Shown here: piece by piece, positions 1-6,553 of the stretch | How positions within the stretch are numbered: the stretch's first letter is position 1 | Layout: each line of letters starts with the position of its first letter | Origin: Amoeboradix gromovi X-113 | Taxonomy: Eukaryota > Fungi > Sanchytriomycota | NCBI GenBank assembly: GCA_018985225.1 | Contig: JADGIF010000572.1 | Coordinates: 1 to 6,553, forward strand | Direction of reading: 5' to 3' | DNA length: 6,553 nt | The notes under the pieces: model-generated | Databases searched by the model: none | Seen by the model: the letters and a program-made list of their open reading frames with translations, nothing else | What the model was told of the DNA's origin: nothing | Made by a program: the position numbers and the translations under genes

Positions 1-2
1 GC

Positions 3-101
3 TACACATGAACAAGGTGTCATTTTGATATAGATAGAGACCATATGGCTGCAAGGAACATATACATCAAGTATCTGCATCCTTATTCAATCCCGTCTTA
101 G
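3..101 (+). pseudogene. 3' end of a TnpB/Fanzor2-like RNA-guided endonuclease gene (Zn-finger + RuvC-III), with in-frame premature stop; partial at window edge
   Basis: Frame 3 reads YT*TRCHFDIDRDHMAARNIYIKYLHPYSIPS* (TAG 99-101). CxxC-x4-DRDxxAARNI is the characteristic C-terminal motif of TnpB/Fanzor2. TGA at 9-11 sits where the first Cys of the last CxxC is expected. Only about 32 codons are visible. Confidence 0.72.
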
Positions 102-200
102 GGTAGTGAAAGCGTGAGCGATCACTGTAACGTAGAAACTAGCATTAGTTTCTCTGTGGAAATTCTCGATTTTCTCGGAAATCTGGACTTTTAACGAGAA
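102..200 (+). ncRNA. Candidate omegaRNA scaffold / right end of the TnpB-Fanzor element
   Basis: Consecutive stem-loops right after the ORF: AGTGA(105-109)/TCACT(122-126) enclosing GC-GTGA-GC (GNRA tetraloop); perfect 8-bp AGAAACTA(134-141)/TAGTTTCT(146-153); GATTTT(168-173)/GAAATC(178-183); TTCTCG(163-168 or 172-177)/CGAGAA(195-200). Position matches known omegaRNA placement. Boundaries are approximate. Confidence 0.45.
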
Positions 201-273
201 GATAAGCTTGTGATGAAATCGAAATGAAATTTATTTCAGCTGCAAATGTACAGTTACATTGATAAACTCAGGT

Positions 274-678
274 TTAAGAATTAAGATCTTCCGGCCCAAA
301 AGAATGTGGAAGCAGCTGATCAACTGTTTTAACTAGAAATGAGCCATCCATGCCAAAACAATAAATAGTTGTAGATGCTCCAAATTCCCTTATAAATTGC
401 CTGCATATTCCACAGGGCGTAGCTGGATATTTAAGATCTGTTATTACACCAATAGCTTTGAAGTTAACATGTCCCTCTGACACAGCTTTAACAATTGCAG
501 TCCTTTCAGCACAAATGCAACCACCGTAGGAAGCGTTTTCTACGTTGCAACCAAGAAATATTTTACCATTACTTGTGATTAATGCACACCCCACTCTAAA
601 TTTTGAATACGGTGCGTAAGCCATTTCTTTAGCTTCCAAGGCTTTTTCTCTCAGGATGTTGGAAATATCTTGAGACAT
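274..678 (-). CDS. CDD1: Cytidine deaminase (tetrameric CDA type); may start at 718 via a short first exon
   Basis: Motifs APYSKFRVG, GCNVENASYG, CAERTAI (Zn ligand + catalytic Glu), PCGICRQ (two Zn ligands) and C-terminal LLPHSFGP. Minus-strand AATAAA at 230-235. Confidence 0.96.
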   Translation of the reverse strand: MSQDISNILREKALEAKEMAYAPYSKFRVGCALITSNGKIFLGCNVENASYGGCICAERTAIVKAVSEGHVNFKAIGVITDLKYPATPCGICRQFIREFGASTTIYCFGMDGSFLVKTVDQLLPHSFGPEDLNS

Positions 679-688
679 GGAGTCATCT

Positions 689-707
689 CTGTAATTATAG
701 AATTAAC
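689..707 (-). other. Candidate 19-nt spliceosomal intron in the cytidine deaminase 5' end (exon 1 = 718..708)
   Basis: Minus strand reads ATG TCC AAA AA|GTTAATTCTATAATTACAG|A GAT GAC TCC ATG. Removing it gives in-frame MSKKDDS-MSQD (141 aa in total). Same length as the TPS intron, but the donor is weaker and there is no homology constraint. Confidence 0.5.
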
Positions 708-718
708 TTTTTGGACAT

Positions 719-807
719 TGAGAGAATTTAAGAGGCTTTTTTAAGATTTATGTTTATCCCACAATGGATATGCGCGGATCCCAGAATCAATACCCCTCAA
801 AATCCCC
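719..807. promoter_or_regulatory. Very short divergent (bidirectional) promoter region
   Basis: Head-to-head genes separated by 89 nt (129 nt if the deaminase starts at 678). Positional inference only. Confidence 0.45.
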
Positions 808-1269
808 ATGACACCAGAATTAATAATAACAACTGTGTTGCTTTCGCTTTTAGGAACTTTTCTAATAACTTACCTTATCAAGAATTTTCTTAAGAGAAAC
901 AAAAGGTTTTCTGACAACTGGTCTTCATCAGGATGGAGCGGAAGTAACAGAATGAGTCGCTTTAGTGATTTGGAGACTGCAAGAGCAATCTACGCAAACG
1001 AGATAACCGCTGAAGACTATCATCCCATGGATGATGTTTATGTTCCCAGATATGGGTCCAAGTTTTCTAACGGTAAAGCGTTTAAACCAATTTCCAACTT
1101 ATTCCGAAAACAGTCATCCTTGTCAACCTTGGCAGTAGAACAAGATGCGGTAAGTGAGGACGCTTTGAAGGTTCTCAGAGAAAACTGTATGTCCACAATA
1201 GATGTCGTTTTGAGACCTGAGCTTTTGCGAACAAACCTGAACATAAACATTAGTAAAAACGATATTTAG
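808..1269 (+). CDS. Hypothetical single-pass membrane protein (N-terminal signal anchor)
   Basis: 153-aa ATG-initiated ORF. Hydrophobic LIITTVLLSLLGTFLITYLI is followed by basic KNFLKRNKR and a Ser-rich tail. No family recognised. The 3' end could be altered by splicing (GTAAGT at 1150, GTAAAA at 1253). Confidence 0.7.
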   Translation: MTPELIITTVLLSLLGTFLITYLIKNFLKRNKRFSDNWSSSGWSGSNRMSRFSDLETARAIYANEITAEDYHPMDDVYVPRYGSKFSNGKAFKPISNLFRKQSSLSTLAVEQDAVSEDALKVLRENCMSTIDVVLRPELLRTNLNINISKNDI

Positions 1270-1336
1270 TTTTTAGGACATCCAAGTGCTTCTTTTCGCC
1301 CAACAATAATTTCAATGACATTATTTATTTTTCTTG

Positions 1337-1456
1337 TTAAAAAAACTTATATTCCAGATATAGCTTCTCATTATTTGTAGTGCTGTATTGTACCTTAAGC
1401 GAGCTAACTTCAATTGGAGCCGCTATAGTCAAACTTATGAATGAAAACAACAACAT
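1337..1456 (-). CDS. Possible small secreted peptide (39 aa)
   Basis: MLLFSFISLTIA-APIEV resembles a short fungal signal peptide. Minus-strand AATAAA (1324-1329) lies 7 nt after the stop. Very short, could be chance. Confidence 0.3.
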   Translation of the reverse strand: MLLFSFISLTIAAPIEVSSLKVQYSTTNNEKLYLEYKFF

Positions 1457-2481
1457 AATATTCCCAGAGGGACAGGATAACTTTAATAGTTTTTCTAATC
1501 TAGCGCAAGCTTTTCCTGACAGTATGATTGGTTGCAAGGAATTGGCTGATTGTCAATTTCAAATTCAAGAATATAGCATGGGATGGGTATCTAAGCAATA
1601 GAGATGACCACGTCCATGATTTCTTTGGAAAAACCTCAAATGCTGAAAGCGAAACCATCGCCACCATCTTTCTACTACAGATGCACCTAATTTACTTTCT
1701 GAAAAGAAGTTAAAGCATTGTCTTTTGCCACCTTTGAATTTAGAATCTGTTTTGGACCTAAGTCTCAAAGGCTACTTTCAGCAAAGTTACCGTGAAAATA
1801 TAGATCCATTAACTTGAATCATAGAACAGCATAAATTTGTATCTCCATTTTGAATATCACCACAATCAAAGCAAGTGGGACATAAATATAAAGACAGAGA
1901 AAATTTGCCGCAACAGATCTCATATGGTTAGTAATAAATTTATTTACTGCTAATTATTACAAAGCCGGATGCTGCTGACCTGTGTATTCAACTTCTCAAT
2001 AGTTTCCATACGATAATGAACATGATAAGACGCGCTAGATTTGTGAAAATCTGTAGAGCAATGAAAACAGTTACTTAACAGTCGTCTAGTTAATATTGCA
2101 TCGAAAGGAAAAGACAAGAATAGTGATACAAAAATCTTGTCACGATATTTCGCCCGGAAAAAGGCATTGGTAGTTATTACTCCAAAACACAATACTTCTA
2201 AATCAAAGCATCGCTGTTACTAGAACGATGGAAAGTGTAACAGAACTCGCTTCAAAAAGAGTCCTTGATTAAGCCATTGCGCCCACTATGATGCAAGTTT
2301 GAGTTAAGCTGCAAATGCTTGTTACAAAATTTTCAAATCCACACAGATTGGCAATGAGTTGTCACCTAGAGATGTGATAAATATGTTATTTTTGTAAAAA
2401 TTAGTCACTTTAGTTTTTATAGGGGTGTCCCAATAACTCCCAACCTTTCGTTGTTTGCATACTGCAATTGTAACAGGAGAT

Positions 2482-4807
2482 ATGACAAAAGCTAGAATCT
2501 TAGTTGCCTCTATGTGGCTGCCATTATCACCCATAGTACCTGCAAGTTCGGAGAAAAAGCATTTCAAGTTAGAACGCAAACTCAGTGTGTACGTTAAGGA
2601 ACAAGATATCAAGCAAGATGCCATTCACTTAGAATCAGCCAAAGTCGGTAACGGTGGCCTAATTAATGCTATTGAATCAGTTCCTGAATTTGAACATGTG
2701 TGGATCGGTGCTCTTCACACTACTCTAGATCAATACGAAGAACGTCAACAACACCAAATCAAAGATGCTTTGTTGCGCAATAGCTGTATAGCAGTCGATA
2801 TTACCAAAGATCAACTTCAGGGCTTTTACCATCATTTCTGCAAAGTTGTTTTATGGCCTTTATTTCACTACACTCAGCCTGACTACATGACCATTACCAA
2901 ATATGAGGACCACAACTGGCAAATGTATCAAACAGTCAACTGGGCTTATGCTACGCAAATCGCAGAATGTTATCAGGAGAATGATGTTATATTTATTAAC
3001 GATTATCACTTAATGCTAGTACCTCAAATGGTCAGATCTCTTCTTCCGGATGCTAAGATTGGCTTCTTTCTTCATGTTCCCTTCCCTTCAAGTGAAATAT
3101 TTCGCTGCTTATGGGTTCGAGATCAAATACTAATGGGCCCAACTGGAGCAGATTTAATCGGTTTCCAAACCTATTCTTTTGCCCGTCATTTCTTGCAAAC
3201 TTGTTCTCGTCTGTTGAATCTAGACACAACTCCCAACTACCTTAGATTGCCTAATAGTGTTGTTTCTATCGGTATATGTCCTATGGGCGTAGATGTAGAT
3301 TCTTTAAAATTGAAATTACTCGATCCTAAAGTAATTGAAGATAAGCAGTCGCTGCTACTCAAATACAAAAACAAGAAAGTTATTTTTGGGAGGGACAAGC
3401 TGGATACAATTAAAGGGGTGTCTCAAAAGTTGATGGCATTTGAGCTATTTTTAAACATGCACCCTGAGTGGGTGGGCAAGGTAGTGCTAATACAAGTAGC
3501 ATTGTTTACAAGTGACGAGTCTGAAATGAGAGTACATGTCATGGACACCGTAAGTAGGATAAATACCAAGTTCGGCAATTTGGAATACATGCCTGTTAAT
3601 TTTTTGCACCAGAATATAGAGTTTAGTAACTACCTGGCATTGATGAGTATAGCAGACGTATGCCTAATTACGCCGCTTAGAGATGGATTGAACCTGACGT
3701 CACACGAGTATGTAACATGCCAAGGTGAGAAATATTCGCCGCTGATTTTGAGTGAATTTGCGGGAACCTTTGGAAGCTTCAGTAGCGCTATTAGGGTGAA
3801 TCCATGGGATAGAAAAGAGGTGGCACTCGCATTGAATGAAGCCTTATGTATGTCAATGGAAGAAAAACAACAAAGGTGGGAGTTATTGAATACTGCAGTT
3901 TGCAGATATTCGGCACAGAGGTTTGTTAGAACATTTATTAAAGATATAGAAGAAAAAAGTATAGACATGCAGAAGAGGTATTCAAGTCATATACCACATC
4001 TGAATAAACTAAAAATAACAGAAAACTTTCATAATTCTAAAAAGAGGATGATATTCCTAGATTTAGAAGGCACCATCATACCAACAGATAAGAGTCTACA
4101 AACCGGTAGCTTTAACAATCTGGATGACAAAATGCAGCCAAAAATAAATGTAGACACATTGCTTAAAAACCTTTGTGCGGATCCAAGAAATATTATATAT
4201 ATAATAAGCAGCAAACGGGTAGATGCATTAGATTCACGATTTAAGGATTTCAGATTAAACTTGGTTGCTGAAAATGGATGTTTTATCAAACATATTGATC
4301 AGGAATGGGAATGCAGAGCAAATGAAGAGCTGGAATGGAGAGACCAAGTACTGGACTCCTTGGAATACTACACAGAAGTAATAAATACTAACGTAGAGAA
4401 CACCTGGATCCTATATTGAGGTCAAGTCAATATCCTTGGTATGGCATTACAGATTGGCAGATAATGCATTCGGGAAATGGCAAGCGGCAGAACTAAAGAA
4501 CCACATTAACGAAAGCGTTGTGGTTAAAGATCCAGTGTACTGCATAGCTGGTTACAAAAATATTGCAGTGATGCCTAGAAACATAGACAAGGCTGGGGCG
4601 CTAAAAATGGCTATTCAAAAATACGGACAAGCTGATTTTTATTTAGCAGTTGGAGACGACAGCGCGGATGAGCCTATGTTTGATTATATTCAACAGTTAG
4701 ATGCGACTTATAAGTACGCGGTGACAGTTGGTAGAAAAGCCAGTGGGGCAAATTACTTTGCAGTAAATGTTGATGAGGTATTGAAATTGTTGAATTCGTT
4801 CCAATAA
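2482..4807 (+). CDS. Trehalose-6-phosphate synthase/phosphatase complex subunit (GT20 + HAD-like TPP domain; Tps2/Tsl1-Tps3 family); join(2482..4377,4397..4807), 768 aa
   Basis: GT20 motifs FYHHFCKVVLWPLFHY, INDYHLMLVP, IGFFLHVPFPSSEIFRCL, GRDKLDTIKG, RDGLNLTSHEY, LILSEFAG, VNPWD. TPP-domain motifs FLDLEGT, AENG, YTERTPGSYIE (only after splicing), VWHYR, GDDSADEPMF. First in-frame ATG is 2482 (upstream in-frame stop at 2434). Confidence 0.95.
4378..4396 (+). other. 19-nt GT-AG spliceosomal intron (phase 0) with TACTAAC branch point
   Basis: GTAATAAATACTAACGTAG. Removal fuses the two ORF-track fragments and restores the conserved LEYYTE|RTPGSYIEVKSISLVWHYR with no missing or extra residues. 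Confidence 0.9.
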
Positions 4808-4808
4808 A
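4803..4808 (+). terminator. Putative polyadenylation signal overlapping the TPS stop codon
   Basis: CAA TAA A gives AATAAA at 4803-4808, spanning the stop at 4805-4807. Hexamer is common in AT-rich DNA. Confidence 0.4.
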
Positions 4809-5477
4809 TTTAATAGTTAAATTGAGCTTTGAATGAACTGCTAGTAAGAACATAAAAGAATGTACCTTGGAATAAGCGACTTTCGGATGTTTATACTAAC
4901 CTAACCAATGAGACGTAAAAATAAAAGTTGAATTAAAATTAGAATTAACAGGTCTGATAAAATTTGAAACATTTTGTTTATTTTATTCTAGTTAGAGAAG
5001 GTGCTACTCAATTCTCTAATGATTATATCCTTGCTTCGCTGAATCTGTACAATCCTGGGGGAATTTTCTAGTGCATATTTTAATTGCTGTATATGTACAA
5101 CTTCGCAATAGCTTACCCCACGCCACCTGATTCCAAAAAAAGTTAATAACAGCCATAAAATAAATATTTTGAACAGATGACGAACTATGGGTTAATTCTG
5201 TGAAAATCAGTAAATTTAGTTTAAATAGCGGTTGTTTCAAAAAGCACTGGTGTAAGGTCTTTTAAGGCTCCGATCTGCTGATGCATGTTAGACGTATATT
5301 TTCACGAATATTCGTTTTTAAAAATTTCAAGTCGTTTCGATTTGGATTAATTGGAAATCGGACTACAATTAGGAGAGTTATCTCGGGATGATTCCGACCT
5401 AGCCGATCAGGTGGATTATGTAAATTAGCTGATTGGTGAAGCACCATTTATATAACCCAAGCACGCCACATATTTAA

Positions 5478-5735
5478 ATGGATTCTCTAGACTTTATTTT
5501 ATCTAAGCTGGGAGATACTCAAAGCCGTAGGGATTACAGCTACTATATAACGGATCTTGTCAGAATTGCGAGATTGACAGAGGCTGAAAAAAAGCATATA
5601 TATGGCAGCCTTTTGGTGGTGTTCAATAACGGCTACCTGCACTCTTTAGATATATTGTATATTTATTTTGTAGGCTTTTGTAAATCAAGCGACTTTAGAC
5701 CTTCACATTACTGGGATTATTTATTCGCAGAATAA
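5478..5735 (+). CDS. Hypothetical protein (85 aa), exon structure uncertain
   Basis: ATG in AAATG context, TATA-like TATATAA about 25 nt upstream, two overlapping AATAAA at the stop (5734-5743). No family recognised. Confidence 0.4.
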   Translation: MDSLDFILSKLGDTQSRRDYSYYITDLVRIARLTEAEKKHIYGSLLVVFNNGYLHSLDILYIYFVGFCKSSDFRPSHYWDYLFAE

Positions 5736-6104
5736 TAAATAAACTTAGCTAATGCTTCTGAACCATCTTTTGCTACTAACTAGAGTCTGCAACAATAATA
5801 ATACCAGCTCGCCTTTCTTGAGATATTTAGTTGAACACTTTTTAAGTTCAAAGTAATAACTCTGTACCGACACGCGCTACACGTAGTCCTTGAATTAACA
5901 AAATTGATTTTACGATAGAGGAACCCACTGTAAACAGTTTGATAGCTCCGTCACATATGATGTCAAAATTCTATCACATTCAGTTTTCCGCTTTAGTTGC
6001 GCTAATGAACTCCTAAAAACTACTTGCACCTCTTAAAACATTGCAGAGCAACTTCAGTGAATATCATCCACACCATAATAGTTAACATATCTGTGCTTTA
6101 GTAA

Positions 6105-6553
6105 ATATATCCGGAGATATGTGCTAGATATTTGATGCAGAAGACACGACTGGCCGAATTTCACAGAGAACACTACCAACCTATCATGCAGGATACCTTG
6201 AACTATCGGCACCTCAACACTGTTCTTGATTACATGTCAACAGAGATTGAGACTATGTATGAGAACAACATCAAGCAGCGCTTCTGCACATACGTGGAAA
6301 GGTTTGTGAATGTCTCTTTGCATAAGAAAGAACAGCTTGAAGCTATCAAAGACAGTGACCTTTTAGCAGAGGACAAGAAAGTGCAAATCAATCTCTTGTG
6401 TCGCGAGCTGCGTAAAGTGAAGAACGATATACTCTGCCGGAACAACCCTAAGACCTGCGACGCGCAATATCATGCTTGGATTGATGAGCAGAGTCCAAAA
6501 ATCATGCCACAGCGTGCTCTGAGAGAAAACAGTGTATTTTATGACATCCAGTG
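6105..6553 (+). mobile_element. Fanzor1-like (eukaryotic/giant-virus TnpB homolog) coding sequence, N-terminal-half fragment running off the window; first ATG 6135
   Basis: Stop-free frame MQKTRLAEFHREHYQPIMQDTLNYRHLNTVLDYMSTEIETMYENNIKQRFCTYVERFVNV...LRKVKNDIL...YHAWI...IMP...SVFYDIQ. The pattern LDY-x6-TMYENNIK-x2-F-x2-YVERFVN...LRKxKxD...YD matches my recollection of Fanzor1 N-terminal regions. About 43% GC by hand count (156/360 over 6181-6540), higher than the flanking DNA. RuvC motifs are not in the window. Confidence 0.72.

Noticed and set aside
9-11. TGA reassigned to Cys or another alternative genetic code
   Set aside because: No in-frame TGA appears in the conserved host genes; a nonsense mutation in a decayed element is simpler.
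1038-1250. 70-aa minus-strand ORF
   Set aside because: Antisense shadow inside the 808-1269 gene.
1380-1817. Overlapping short ORFs (1380..1601, 1528..1713, 1565..1768) and a possible 63-nt intron 1587..1649 joining two + segments
   Set aside because: No recognisable homology, weak splice signals and several mutually exclusive models.
2404-2422. 19-nt GT...AG segment upstream of TPS
   Set aside because: Poor donor (GTCACT), outside the CDS, and no reading-frame test is possible.
2455-2481. TTG start for the TPS gene given by the ORF track
   Set aside because: Eukaryotic locus; ATG 2482 directly precedes the conserved first strand (RILVAS..LP).
2322-4289. Minus-strand ORFs 2322..2624, 3630..3968 and 4029..4289
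   Set aside because: Antisense shadows of the TPS coding sequence with no recognisable motifs.
4436-4807. Separate 123-aa gene, or a frameshifted TPS pseudogene
   Set aside because: It is exon 2 of the TPS gene; the 19-nt intron joins the frames and restores the conserved motif.
5657-5673. 17-nt GT-AG candidate intron GTATATTTATTTTGTAG
   Set aside because: Removal creates a stop three codons later (TTG CTT TTG TAA).
6107-6127. Helitron-like 3' end (small hairpin then CTAG) before the Fanzor1-like frame
   Set aside because: Hairpin is short and AT-rich, spacing is wrong, and CTAG is followed by A rather than T.
6230-6445. 71-aa minus-strand ORF
   Set aside because: Antisense to the longer Fanzor1-like frame on +.
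1-6553. CRISPR array, tRNA, rRNA or prokaryotic operon
   Set aside because: No regularly spaced repeats or RNA gene signatures seen; introns and protein style indicate a eukaryote.

Overview
AT-rich, gene-dense eukaryotic DNA, most likely from a compact-genome fungus (inferred from protein style and GT-AG introns). Host genes are a cytidine deaminase (minus strand), a divergent 153-aa membrane-anchored hypothetical protein, and a trehalose-6-phosphate synthase/phosphatase complex subunit (GT20 + HAD). The ORF track splits that last gene in two, but it is one gene joined by a 19-nt GT-AG intron containing TACTAAC. A second candidate 19-nt intron sits at the 5' end of the deaminase. Both window edges carry TnpB-family (Fanzor) sequences missed by the ORF track. 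At 3-101 is the C-terminal Zn-finger/RuvC-III end of a TnpB/Fanzor2-like gene with a premature stop, followed by a hairpin-rich omegaRNA-like segment. At 6105->6553 is a higher-GC open frame resembling the N-terminal half of a Fanzor1 protein. Family calls come from motif recognition, not database searches.
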